DNA from: an uncultured Myxococcales bacterium
GTDB taxonomy: Bacteria > Myxococcota > Kuafuiibacteriia > Kuafuiibacteriales > Kuafuiibacteriaceae
Direction: 5' to 3'
NCBI GenBank assembly: GCA_964473255.1
Contig: CAYYOT010000012.1
Location: forward strand, 17,927 to 81,926
Length of the DNA: 64,000 nucleotides
Shown here: piece by piece, positions 26,779 through 36,570 of the stretch
Numbering within the stretch: the stretch's first letter is position 1
How the letters are laid out: each line of letters starts with the position of its first letter
The notes under the pieces: generated by a model
Databases searched by the model: none
Told to the model about the DNA's origin: nothing
What the model saw: the letters and a program-made list of their open reading frames with translations, nothing else
Translations under genes and position numbers: made by a program

Positions 26779-28602
26779 TCAGACCGTGCGTTTGGGGCGA
26801 AAGGCGGAACGGAGCTCGCGCTTCCTCAACCGAATGGCACCCGGGGTGACCTCGACCAGCTCGTCCTCGTCGATGAACTCGATCGCCTCCTCGAGGCTCA
26901 TGTCCTTGATCGCGGTGACGATCACGGCCTCGTCTTTTCCGGCGGCGCGGATGTTGGTGAGCTTCTTCTCCCGGCAGACGTTCACGTCGAGGTCGTTCTC
27001 ACGGGCATGCTCGCCGACGATCATGCCCTCGTACACTTCCGTGCCCGGCCGAATGAGCATCTTGCCTCGCGGCTGTAGGTTGAAGATCGCGTAGGGCGTG
27101 GCGGTGCCGGCTCGGTCCGAAACGAGGGCTCCCGTCGGACGACGCGCGACCTGGCCTTGATGTGCGGCCCAGCCATCGAAAATCGTGTTGAGAATGCCGG
27201 TTCCCCGGGTATCGGTGAGGAACTGGGAGCGGTAGCCGATCAAACCGCGCGACGGGATCCGGTACTCGAGACGGACACGGCCCCCGTGATTGCGCATGTC
27301 AAGCATCGAACCCTTCCGCCCCGACATCTTCTCCGTGACGATTCCCATGTGCTCGTCCGGGATATCGATGATCGCTCGCTCCATCGGCTCCTGCAGCTCG
27401 CCGTCGACTTCACGGGACACGACCTGCGGCTTGGACAGACCCAGCTCGAAGCCTTCGCGCCGGAGCGTCTCGGCCAAGACGGCGAGCTGTAGTTCGCCGC
27501 GGCCGGAGACCTCGAACTGGTCCGGTAGTTCGGTGTCCGTCACGCGGATGGCCACGTTTTGCTCCGCCGCTCGGAGGAGCCGCTCTCGGATCTGGCGACT
27601 GGTCACGTACTTGCCGGAGCGGCCGGCCATGGGGGACGTATTGACGGAAAAAATCATCCGCAGGGTCGGCGGGTCTACGCGGATGCGTTCGAGCGAGGGC
27701 ACTTCGGGGTCGGCCACGATGGTGTCGCCGATCTGGACTTCATCGACGCCGGCCAAAGCCAAAATGTCGCCGGCCGAAACCTCGTCGGCTTCGACCCGCC
27801 CGAGCCCTCGAAACGTGAAGAGCTTGGTCGTTCGAAAGGGCAAGACCTTGCCGCCGTCCTGATGGAGGTAGACCTGACTATTGCGCTTGACCGAGCCGGC
27901 CACCACTCGGCCGATGGCAACCCGTCCCAGGTAGTCGTCGTACTCGGTATTCGCGATCAGCACCTGAAGTGGTTCTTCACGGCGGTCTTCAGGCGCCGGC
28001 AGCTCGGCGAGCACCGTTTCGAAAAGGGGGCGCAGGTCGGTGGAGTCGTCGTCGAGCGAGCTCTTGGCCACGCCGTCGCGGCCGATCGCATAGACGACCG
28101 GAAAGTCGAGCACGTCTTCGTCGGCCTCAAGGTCGATGAAGAGGTCGTAGATCTCGTCCAAGACCTCCTGGGGACGGGCGTCCTGTCGGTCGATCTTGTT
28201 GACGACCACCACGACCGGAAGATGGGCGGCGAGGGCTTTCGAAAGCACGAACCGAGTCTGAGGGAGCGGTCCCTCGGCAGCGTCCACCAGCAGGAGTACT
28301 CCGTCGGCCAGCTTCAATACCCGCTCGACTTCGCCGCCGAAGTCGGCGTGGCCCGGCGTATCCAGGATGTTGAGCTTCGTGTCCTGAAAAGTGACCGCCG
28401 TGTTCTTGGCCAAGATGGTTATGCCCCGCTCGCGCTCTTGATCGTTGCTGTCGAGCACGCGCTCGACCCGAGCCTCGTTGGAGCGAAAAATCCCGGCCTG
28501 GCCCAGCATCGCATCGACGAGGGTCGTCTTGCCGTGATCGATGTGGGCGACGATGGCGAAGTTTCGAATGTCTTCCCGCGGGGACACGCGCGGCATGAAC
28601 AC
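26779..28602 (-). CDS. typA: translational GTPase TypA/BipA
   Basis: [16 protein letters not shown]1 motif. About 600 aa EF-G-like architecture. Confidence 0.9.
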   Translation of the reverse strand: MFMPRVSPREDIRNFAIVAHIDHGKTTLVDAMLGQAGIFRSNEARVERVLDSNDQERERGITILAKNTAVTFQDTKLNILDTPGHADFGGEVERVLKLADGVLLLVDAAEGPLPQTRFVLSKALAAHLPVVVVVNKIDRQDARPQEVLDEIYDLFIDLEADEDVLDFPVVYAIGRDGVAKSSLDDDSTDLRPLFETVLAELPAPEDRREEPLQVLIANTEYDDYLGRVAIGRVVAGSVKRNSQVYLHQDGGKVLPFRTTKLFTFRGLGRVEADEVSAGDILALAGVDEVQIGDTIVADPEVPSLERIRVDPPTLRMIFSVNTSPMAGRSGKYVTSRQIRERLLRAAEQNVAIRVTDTELPDQFEVSGRGELQLAVLAETLRREGFELGLSKPQVVSREVDGELQEPMERAIIDIPDEHMGIVTEKMSGRKGSMLDMRNHGGRVRLEYRIPSRGLIGYRSQFLTDTRGTGILNTIFDGWAAHQGQVARRPTGALVSDRAGTATPYAIFNLQPRGKMLIRPGTEVYEGMIVGEHARENDLDVNVCREKKLTNIRAAGKDEAVIVTAIKDMSLEEAIEFIDEDELVEVTPGAIRLRKRELRSAFRPKRTV

Positions 28603-28641
28603 CGAGGCGCCGGGAAGGTCAACCAGTTCCCCGCGGGGCGG

Positions 28642-30918
28642 CTAGAGCAGACCTCCCCGTCGGCGAAGCCACCATTCTGCGGTCAGGAGCCCGAGGAGAA
28701 GCAGAAGCGGCACCGGACCGTCCCATATGGACAAGGTTAGGGTTCGATCGACTTCGACGCGCCGAGGATCCTCGAGCGCTATCGGTTTCAGAGGCTCACG
28801 GACGTCGGTGTAGGTTCCACCCGAGGCTTCGGCGATCGCCTTCATCAGGTCGGGCCGAGGGAAGGGCGACTGCATCTCGACGTCGCTCGCCTGGACGATC
28901 ACGGGTTCCCGCGCAGTGCCCACCGACTCCCCGCCGTCGTAGGCGCGAATCTCGAGCAAATAGCTGCCCGGTGCCAGCCCGTCGAAGCTGAGCACCGCCA
29001 GACCGTCGGGTCCGGTCGTGACCGCCTCGCCCCGGCCCTCGACCTCCGCGTCGAGAGGCACGAGTGAGGCTTCCACCTCGGCGCCTTCAATGCCGGAGTA
29101 GTCGAGGCCGAGCACACGGATCTCCGCGGATACCGGCTCATCCCGATAGACCACCGAACGGCGAAGGTCGGCCCGGACGCGGGAGAGCTCGGGATCGCGG
29201 ATGAGCCAGCGGAGAGACTGCTGCCAAAAACGCTCGTACTCGCGGCCCGAAGTCCCTTGCCCGACCGCCTCATAGCGCCAAAACCACAGGCTGTCCGTAG
29301 CCACGGCCATCGAGCGCCCGTCACCTACTTCGCGGATCGACACGACCGGCGGATTGCCGGGCAGAGTGGGGTGGGCGAGCAACGCTTGCGCTCCGGGCAT
29401 GAGCCCGGTCGATCCATTGAAGCCCTCGAGCTGCGGCAGGCGCTCGAACGTCGACGACGGAGCGACGCCGGGCTCCCCGATGCGAGTCACGGGATGGCGG
29501 CGGCCCTCGCCGGTGAGTCGGGGGGTGAAAGGCGCAGGGTCCCACGCCAGACCACCCCCGAGCCGTACGGGCAGAATCTCGGCGATCGGTGTTCCTGCGT
29601 AGAAGCCCGGTTCGAAGGACTGGTCACCCCCGATCATCAAGAAGCTCCCGCCGTCCAGGACGTAACGCCGGATGTTCCGGAGGTAGTGAGCCATTCGATA
29701 CGGTCGGTACGAGAAGTTTTGATAGATCACGACGTCGAAGCTGGGGAGCTCGGTCGTAAACAGGTCATTCACCGGAAACGGTATGAGCGCCAGCTCGTCC
29801 TGCGATGCCTTGTGTACGTCGGTGACCGACCGGAGGATGAAAAACGATATCAGGTCGACGTTCGGATTGCGTTTGAGCAGCTCGCGAAGAAAGCGGACGT
29901 CCCACGATGGACGGCCCGCCACCTGGAGGATGCGAATGCGGTCGCGAATGACGCGCAGCACGACGTCCTTCTGATTGTTGGCTTCGATCGCCTCCCCAAC
30001 CTGCACGGGCGTCGAGACCCCGTAGACCTCGCGGCCGACCTGGCGGGGCTTGAACTCGAAGGTCACCCGACCGACGCCGTCCTCAAGCTCGACGTCCTGG
30101 GTCTGCAAAACCGCCCCGTCCCGGCGGAGGGTCACCGGGACCTGAGAAAATCGAAGGCCGCGCGCCTCCACCTCCACGTCCATCGTCACCGTGTTGTGCA
30201 CGAAAGCGAAGTCGTCGACGCGAACCCGACGGATGGCCAGGTCTTTGGCCGAGTCGCGACGCGAAAAGCCAATGGTGTGGATCGGCGCCTCGACCTGCTG
30301 CGCCAAGCGTTCGGCTTCCTCACGGGTCAGCCCTTCGCTATCCGCTCCGTCGGAGTAGAGGATGACGGCGCCAACGTCGCGTCCCGCCGCCTGCCACTGA
30401 AGCTCCTTGAGGAGCCGGCCGAGCTGGGTCCGGCCCTGGTCGGCGGGCAGAGGGTTCGGCTGTTCGGCGATCGGCTGCATCCCTCGGCCGAACACGTAGC
30501 TCTCGAGGGTCGCTCGCGCGCTCAGGTCACGAAAAACACGGTCGTTGTCGGTCCGATGCGCCACGACCGCCTCCGCTCGGGTTTGGTCGCGGTCGCCCAA
30601 CCCCATCGACCGCGACCCGTCGTAGACCACCAAGACCTGGCCACGGATGGGGGAAACGGCCCGCAGCTCCACACCGGGCTGCAAGAACAGGATGAAAAGC
30701 AGTCCGGCCGAGGCCAGGCGCAGGACGAGCACCGGATAGCGAACTCGAGACGGCAGTCGCTGTGCGCCCCACGTGCTTCCGAGCACGGCGAGCGCCAGGA
30801 GACCGGCGGCCGCCCACCAAACCCCGAGCGGCCACTCGTTCAACCAGACGAATCGCCAGTCGTTGTAGAGGTCAGCCGTCCCCGGAGCCAGCCACGACAC
30901 GAGCCACTGCAAGAACAC
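28642..30918 (-). CDS. membrane protein with vWA domain and glutamine-amidotransferase-like domain (BatA-like)
   Basis: N-terminal TM helices. vWA MIDAS motif VVYDGSRSMG. Central ThuA/GATase1-like region (VVIYQNF...FLMIGG). Confidence 0.45.
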   Translation of the reverse strand: MFLQWLVSWLAPGTADLYNDWRFVWLNEWPLGVWWAAAGLLALAVLGSTWGAQRLPSRVRYPVLVLRLASAGLLFILFLQPGVELRAVSPIRGQVLVVYDGSRSMGLGDRDQTRAEAVVAHRTDNDRVFRDLSARATLESYVFGRGMQPIAEQPNPLPADQGRTQLGRLLKELQWQAAGRDVGAVILYSDGADSEGLTREEAERLAQQVEAPIHTIGFSRRDSAKDLAIRRVRVDDFAFVHNTVTMDVEVEARGLRFSQVPVTLRRDGAVLQTQDVELEDGVGRVTFEFKPRQVGREVYGVSTPVQVGEAIEANNQKDVVLRVIRDRIRILQVAGRPSWDVRFLRELLKRNPNVDLISFFILRSVTDVHKASQDELALIPFPVNDLFTTELPSFDVVIYQNFSYRPYRMAHYLRNIRRYVLDGGSFLMIGGDQSFEPGFYAGTPIAEILPVRLGGGLAWDPAPFTPRLTGEGRRHPVTRIGEPGVAPSSTFERLPQLEGFNGSTGLMPGAQALLAHPTLPGNPPVVSIREVGDGRSMAVATDSLWFWRYEAVGQGTSGREYERFWQQSLRWLIRDPELSRVRADLRRSVVYRDEPVSAEIRVLGLDYSGIEGAEVEASLVPLDAEVEGRGEAVTTGPDGLAVLSFDGLAPGSYLLEIRAYDGGESVGTAREPVIVQASDVEMQSPFPRPDLMKAIAEASGGTYTDVREPLKPIALEDPRRVEVDRTLTLSIWDGPVPLLLLLGLLTAEWWLRRRGGLL

Positions 30919-30924
30919 GCCGGT

Positions 30925-31791
30925 CTACCTCCGCCTCCGCAAAATGAATGGCGTGTGGACGAGGTCGTCCTTGTAGTCGAGGCACAGCGCATACATCGCG
31001 ATGTTGACGCCGAGTCGAAACGCCATCTCCCGCTGATCGTCGCCACCCGGAAGCACCTCGTGCTCCCACCGCCCGAACGCGTCGCGAGCCCAGGCCCCAC
31101 CGAGGTCGTTGTTCGAGTAGATCACGGCGTATCGCCCCTCGAGCTGTGAGCCCCACAAATGCGGCACGGACAGCACCCGCCCCGTCTGACCGGGGACCAG
31201 GTAGAACGTCTTGAAGAGGACGTGATCGACCGGGATCGGCGCGAGTTCCTCGCGCGGCAAGAGCGCCCGGAGCGTGCGGCGCACCGAGCGGTCGAAGGCC
31301 CCTCCGGCCACGGCGTCGGCATCGTCCACCAAGAGCACGCCGCCGAACGACAGATGCCGCCGCACGTTGCGCAGCGCCGCCTCCGACCACTCTGGCTCGG
31401 ACCCGGAACCCGCCCAGTACAGGAACGGATGGCGAAAAATCTGGGGCGATTCGGGCTCGAGGGCGGCCGGCTCGAGGGACACCTCGATGGACGTACGCTG
31501 GCCGATCTCCCACAGCAGGCGCCGAAGCGCGGTGGGCCGCGGGTCCCAGGTGCCCCCGGTCTTGAGCTGCCCAATGTGCAGGTCGGAGGGCGATGCCGCA
31601 CGGGTCGAGCGAAGGCCAGCCAGGCCGCCCATCGGTCCCAGCAGGCCGATGCCGGCCGATCCGAGCAGTGCGCGGCGCGTCGAACAGCCGAACCGCGAAC
31701 GTCGCTGTCGACGCGTCACCGCCTCATTCCTCCCGACAATAAGGCTGAGGCCAACCAATTTCGTGCCGCCGATCGCATCCGCGGAGTCCAT
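30925..31791 (-). CDS. DUF4159-like Tat-secreted protein
   Basis: Twin-arginine-like signal RRALLGSAGIG. HPFLYWAGSG and LGGAWA motifs recalled from DUF4159. Confidence 0.45.
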   Translation of the reverse strand: MDSADAIGGTKLVGLSLIVGRNEAVTRRQRRSRFGCSTRRALLGSAGIGLLGPMGGLAGLRSTRAASPSDLHIGQLKTGGTWDPRPTALRRLLWEIGQRTSIEVSLEPAALEPESPQIFRHPFLYWAGSGSEPEWSEAALRNVRRHLSFGGVLLVDDADAVAGGAFDRSVRRTLRALLPREELAPIPVDHVLFKTFYLVPGQTGRVLSVPHLWGSQLEGRYAVIYSNNDLGGAWARDAFGRWEHEVLPGGDDQREMAFRLGVNIAMYALCLDYKDDLVHTPFILRRRR

Positions 31792-31826
31792 GGCCTTCCC
31801 GCTCCATTCGTCCTAGCGTCCGGCGC

Positions 31827-33449
31827 ATGACGTTTCGAGGTATCCGCGCGTTATGGATGGTCTTCGGCCTGTTCGTCGCCGCTCCAGCCGTGGCGGCCGA
31901 AGGCATGTCGACGGTTCTGGTCTTGCCGGCAGAAGGTGAGGGTCGAGCCCTGGGGGACGCGGCAGACGCGGTTCAGCTGCGATTTCAAGGCGTCCTGCGC
32001 GCGGCCGGCGGCACGAATGTCGTCCACACCAAGATGTATCTCCGCGTCATGGAGCGATACGCTCGTCGGTTGACGGATCTGGACGGCGACCGGCGGATCC
32101 AGACCCTCGGTGAAATCCTGGGCGCCGATGTCGTCGTCGCCACCACGGTGCGGGTCGCGGCGCCCAATACGGTGCTCGACATTCGCGCGATCCCCGTCAT
32201 CTACAAGGACCTGTCGGGCAGTGAGACCCGGGGACAAGCTTCCGCCGGGTCCCTGCTGAAAGCCCTCGACCAGTCTCCGACGACGCTCCTGACGCTGCTC
32301 AAGGGTACCGGTCGTGTCCCCGACCTTTCCACGCCGGAGCCGGAGGCGATCGGCCCCCGTACGAGTTCGGAGCCCGCACTCCTGGCCTATTCAGCCTGCA
32401 ACATCGCCTTGATGGCCCAGCCGCTGGGTCTGCGTAACCCTGTCGTGATCGATGACGTCGTGCTGTCGCAATCGGAAGAGCTCTGTCGGGAGGCGCTCGC
32501 CAAGGATCGTACGATGGAGCAGGCGCACGCCGAGCTGGCCCTGATTCACGCCCTCCGCGGAGAGCAAGAAAAGGCCGAAGCCGCCCTCAAGAAGGCAAAG
32601 AAATCCCGCGCCTTTTCGACCAGCTATTGGCTCGCAAAGTTCTGGGTGCTCAGCCGCTACTATGACGTCGACCTCGCGCTGACCAGCCTGCGAAAAGCCA
32701 TCGAAACCAATCCTGGATTCATGCTGGGCCGCGGCTATTTGGGGGAGGCCCTGATCGCGCTCAAGAGACCGGCGGACGCGGAGACCGTTTTCCGCGAGTA
32801 CCTGACGGCCGCACCTCGGCAGTCTTGGGTGATGGGTCAGATCGGATACGCGCTCGCCAAGCAAAAGCAGTACGACGAAGCCATCGAGTGGACGGAAAAA
32901 GGACTGCGCATGGCTCCCGGCGACCCCGAGCTGCTGCTCCAGCTCGCCAGCCGCTTCATCGACGCCGGGCGGTACGCCGAGGCTTCGACTCTGCTCAAAC
33001 GCGTGGTCTCCCAGGGAGGGGCCCGCGGGGAAGTTCACCTGCGTTTGGGATACGCCTACCTGAAGCTCGGCAAGTTCAACGAAGCCGAGCAGGAGATGAT
33101 CCAAGCGATCAACAAGGCCGACAGTTCGTCCGAGTGGAGGACGCGAGGACGGGCGCGCTACAACCTGGCCGTCCTCTGGCTGGAGTCGGATGCTCCGGAG
33201 AACGCCCTGCGCCAGCTTCGAATGGCCGTGCAGGAAGGCTTTCGCGACAAGGGAGCACTGCAGGCGCGAGCCATGGCTCCGCTTCGCACAAAGAAGCAGT
33301 TTCAGGCGCTGATGAAGGCGCCCCCCAAGACCGGTATCGCGCCCCAGTTCGTCAGCCCGCTCGGCACGACGAGCGAGTCCGGCGAGCTCATCATCGACGA
33401 ATCGAAGGGCAAGAAGAAGAAGAACCCGAAGGTCCTGGAGCAGTTCTGA
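31827..33449 (+). CDS. secreted TPR-repeat protein with Lys-rich C-terminus
   Basis: Signal peptide plus multiple TPR-like helical repeats. Confidence 0.5.
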   Translation: MTFRGIRALWMVFGLFVAAPAVAAEGMSTVLVLPAEGEGRALGDAADAVQLRFQGVLRAAGGTNVVHTKMYLRVMERYARRLTDLDGDRRIQTLGEILGADVVVATTVRVAAPNTVLDIRAIPVIYKDLSGSETRGQASAGSLLKALDQSPTTLLTLLKGTGRVPDLSTPEPEAIGPRTSSEPALLAYSACNIALMAQPLGLRNPVVIDDVVLSQSEELCREALAKDRTMEQAHAELALIHALRGEQEKAEAALKKAKKSRAFSTSYWLAKFWVLSRYYDVDLALTSLRKAIETNPGFMLGRGYLGEALIALKRPADAETVFREYLTAAPRQSWVMGQIGYALAKQKQYDEAIEWTEKGLRMAPGDPELLLQLASRFIDAGRYAEASTLLKRVVSQGGARGEVHLRLGYAYLKLGKFNEAEQEMIQAINKADSSSEWRTRGRARYNLAVLWLESDAPENALRQLRMAVQEGFRDKGALQARAMAPLRTKKQFQALMKAPPKTGIAPQFVSPLGTTSESGELIIDESKGKKKKNPKVLEQF

Positions 33450-33470
33450 GGCCTCGCCAAGGGCGAGAGG

Positions 33471-34817
33471 CTAACCGCTCGGCGTCAGAACGACCGGAAT
33501 GCTGACGAACACCGAGCCCCCATCGGGCTTCGGGAATCGCCAATACTTCGCTCGCTTCTTGATGCAGCTCTCGACGTCCGAGGAGCGGAGCGACCCGCCG
33601 AACTCGACCATCGACGTGCGCCCGTTTTCCAGGATCTCGAACTCGATGAGCAGCTTGCCCTTTAGGCTGGGGTCCCGCTTCAGGGCCCGCTCGTAGCAGC
33701 TCTTGATCGCACTCATGTTTCGTTTCATGACGCGATTGATCTGGGCGGCGGTGAGTTCGCCGTCGACTTCCGGCGCTTCGGCCACGGCACGGCCGGCGAT
33801 CGATGCTTCGGTCTTCTTGCCCGACGCCACGGAGCCTCCGCCCGACGTTCCGAGCTCGCCGATCCCGACGCCTTCTCCCGAGCCCCCGCCGCGGGTGCCG
33901 GCCCCGCCGTCGGAGGCGATGTCGACCCCTTGCACGCCGGAAAAGGCGTCGGACAGGCTGGATTCGGTGTCATCACCTTCGGAGAACACGTCGGCCAGGG
34001 CCCCGCTGCTTCCCTGGCGCGTCGAGCCCAGGACCTTGAGCAACCCCTTGCCCGCGACCTTCTTTGCGAGCTCCTCTTTGGGAGCCTTGGCTGGTTTCCC
34101 GCTGCTCGCCTTGGCCGGCTTCTTCTCCGGCTTCTTCTCCGGCTTCGCCTTCTTCTTGGACGCTTCCTTTTTGGCGCCGTCGTCGACCTCGGCCACCCGC
34201 TTCTTGGGCGGCTGAGGAATGCGGTCGGGCATGATCAGCTTCTGAAAGCGCGTATCGATTTCCTCGATCGAGGTCGGCTCGACGTAGGGGAGCGAGCGGG
34301 CGTACGTCACGACGGAGACGCAGACCACGGCGACGATGGTCAAAATCGTTGCGAACTGCGTGTCGATCGTCTGCAGGAAGGAACCACGAAGCTCGGCCGG
34401 AAGGACGGGCTTGACCGGTGCTGCCGCCTGGCGCTTGAACTGAAAGAGGACGGTAACGTCGCCGATGACGACTTTGCCGCGCGCGGTGTCGGCGATCTTG
34501 ACCGACCGGGCTCCACCGCGATCGACCACCGTCCCGTCGGCTTCCAGGGCCTGAAAATGGCTGACCTTCCCGCCGTCCATCTGGACCCGACCATCCATGC
34601 CGGGGAGATATCGGATGTGGTACGACGTTCCGTCGTAGTCGAAGAGGTTGAAGTTTGCGGGCAGAGCCTCGGAGCTCACGGTGAACGTGGCCTTGTTATC
34701 GGTGCCGATGGAGACCGACTCGCGACGCTTCAGCTCGCGCTCATCGATGATCTTTCCCCGCTGAACGATTCCGATCCGGAGGACCTTCGGTTCGCCGTCG
34801 CTCTTGGACTTCGACAT
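33471..34817 (-). CDS. GltG/NfsG (PglI)-like protein with N-terminal cytoplasmic domain, TM helix, Lys/Pro-rich linker and TonB-C-like domain
   Basis: Single TM (ILTIVAVVCVSVV). KKPEKKPAK linker. C-terminal AgmX/PglI-type domain (INRVMKRNMSAIKSCYERALKRDPSLKGKL). Confidence 0.5.
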   Translation of the reverse strand: MSKSKSDGEPKVLRIGIVQRGKIIDERELKRRESVSIGTDNKATFTVSSEALPANFNLFDYDGTSYHIRYLPGMDGRVQMDGGKVSHFQALEADGTVVDRGGARSVKIADTARGKVVIGDVTVLFQFKRQAAAPVKPVLPAELRGSFLQTIDTQFATILTIVAVVCVSVVTYARSLPYVEPTSIEEIDTRFQKLIMPDRIPQPPKKRVAEVDDGAKKEASKKKAKPEKKPEKKPAKASSGKPAKAPKEELAKKVAGKGLLKVLGSTRQGSSGALADVFSEGDDTESSLSDAFSGVQGVDIASDGGAGTRGGGSGEGVGIGELGTSGGGSVASGKKTEASIAGRAVAEAPEVDGELTAAQINRVMKRNMSAIKSCYERALKRDPSLKGKLLIEFEILENGRTSMVEFGGSLRSSDVESCIKKRAKYWRFPKPDGGSVFVSIPVVLTPSG

Positions 34818-34825
34818 GGGATTAC

Positions 34826-35095
34826 CTAAAAGGGCTCCTTATCGACCGACTCGAGAATCTTGGGAATGAAGCTGTTCTTGAGCTCCAGACCTTCGAAGTT
34901 CAGGTTCGAGCGCTGGAGGATGTAGAACGCCTGCGGTTTCTGGATTCGCCCTTCGATCCTCGTTTCTGCCAATCGAACCACCCTACGTCCGCGCCTCGAC
35001 TGCTGCGCCGACGCCTGGGAAGCGGTGAATACCATCAACCCGAGAGCGAAAAAAGGAACGGTCCGCCATGCGGATGACATCTGGACTCGCGTCAT
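34826..35095 (-). CDS. small secreted protein (GltF/NfsF-like by position)
   Basis: 89 aa with a signal peptide. 4-nt overlap with the upstream gene. Confidence 0.35.
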   Translation of the reverse strand: MTRVQMSSAWRTVPFFALGLMVFTASQASAQQSRRGRRVVRLAETRIEGRIQKPQAFYILQRSNLNFEGLELKNSFIPKILESVDKEPF

Positions 35096-36570
35096 TTCGG
35101 TCCTGCTCCTGGAGCACCTGGCTCATCAGACGTATCGGTCCCCGATTCGGTCTGTCGGGGAGCCGCGCCGGGCGATTCGGCCTGGCTCTCCTCCGTCTCC
35201 CGAGCCTTCCTCTTGGCTTCGCGAAGACGCCGCCGCTCCTCTCGCTCCATCGCTTTCTTCTCACGCTCGAGCCCGCGTTCGGAATCCGTGATGTAGCTCT
35301 GCACTCGCTGCTGCTCGTCCTCGGAAAGGCCCTCGACCTCGGCCAGGTAGGTCTCGAGGTAGGAACGGGCCTTCTTCCAGCGATCGAGGCGCTCGACTCC
35401 GGGAAGCTGATTGTCGAGGTGGAGAACCCCGAGATTGAAGACCACCTCGTGAAGGCTCGGATCCAGACTGGACGCCTTGATGTAGGCCTCCTCCGCCTTG
35501 GCGAACTCCTTGGCGCCCTTGTAGGCGTTGCCTAGGTTCACGTAGGCCTTCGCGAAATCGGGGTAGAGGGCCAAGGCGCGGTCGAGGACATCGATCGCCC
35601 CCGCGAAGTCGTTCGCCTCGACGTAGAGCGCGCCGAGGTTGTTGTAGACGCCGGGAAGATCCTGGCGGAGCTGAGTCGCGCGCTGAAATGCCTCGACGGC
35701 CTCGCTGCGCTTGTCTCGCGCCAGATAGACGAAGCCGAGATTGCTCCAGACCCGGGCTTCTTCCGGGTCTATCTCACGCGCTCGGTCGAGAACGGAGCTG
35801 GCAAGCTCCAGCTGACCTCGCTGATAGAAGATGATGGCGAGGTTCAGCAGGGCTCCGACGTTGCGCTCGTCGGTCTTGAGCACCTTCTTGGCCTCCGCTT
35901 CGGCCTTCTCGGTCTTCTGAGCCGCGATCCAGACCGAGACCAAGCGATTACGAAGCTGGGTGCTGCCGGGATCACGCTCGATGGCCTGGAGCAACCGGCG
36001 CTCCGCTGCGTCGAAGCGACCGCGACGGACGTCGAGATTGGCGAGATTCTCGATGGCAGCCACGTACCGGGGGTCGAGGTTCACGGCCTTCTGGTATTCG
36101 GCTTCGGCTTCGTCGTACCGGCCGGCCCGTTCGAGCATGACTCCGGCGTTGAAGTGAGCCGGCGGATAGTCCGGGGCGTCGCGGGCGACCTGCTGAAAAT
36201 CTGACAGAGCGGCGGACGGATCCGCGGTGGCCCGACTGAGGCCTCGCTCGAAAGTTCGGGCCGTCCCGCCCGAGAGCGTGGGGTACGCCGGAGCCGACGG
36301 CGAAGCGGCCGTCGGAGGCTGCACCTCGGGCGGCGGGGTCGCCGCTGCCTCGGACGTTGCCTCGGACGTTGCCTCGGGCGCTGCCGCGGGCGCTGGCTGG
36401 ACCGGAGGGGTTGAGTCGGCCGCCGAGGACGGCGACGCCGTCGTCGTCTCGGACGAGCCGCCGGCCGGGGAATCGGGAGGCGGCGTCGAACCGCTGCAGG
36501 CCACCGCTGCGGCCGCGACGATTGCAGTGATCCAGACGGGTATGGACTCGAGCCGGCGCATCGCCCTCAC
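35092..36570 (-). CDS. TPR lipoprotein (GltE/NfsE-like)
   Basis: Lipobox AAVACSG. Pro/Ala-rich linker. About 8 TPR repeats. C-terminal acidic/basic tail. Confidence 0.5.
   Translation of the reverse strand: MRAMRRLESIPVWITAIVAAAAVACSGSTPPPDSPAGGSSETTTASPSSAADSTPPVQPAPAAAPEATSEATSEAAATPPPEVQPPTAASPSAPAYPTLSGGTARTFERGLSRATADPSAALSDFQQVARDAPDYPPAHFNAGVMLERAGRYDEAEAEYQKAVNLDPRYVAAIENLANLDVRRGRFDAAERRLLQAIERDPGSTQLRNRLVSVWIAAQKTEKAEAEAKKVLKTDERNVGALLNLAIIFYQRGQLELASSVLDRAREIDPEEARVWSNLGFVYLARDKRSEAVEAFQRATQLRQDLPGVYNNLGALYVEANDFAGAIDVLDRALALYPDFAKAYVNLGNAYKGAKEFAKAEEAYIKASSLDPSLHEVVFNLGVLHLDNQLPGVERLDRWKKARSYLETYLAEVEGLSEDEQQRVQSYITDSERGLEREKKAMEREERRRLREAKRKARETEESQAESPGAAPRQTESGTDTSDEPGAPGAGPK

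Noticed and set aside
29257-31149. 630-aa plus-strand ORF
   Set aside because: It is antisense to the vWA/GATase and DUF4159 genes.
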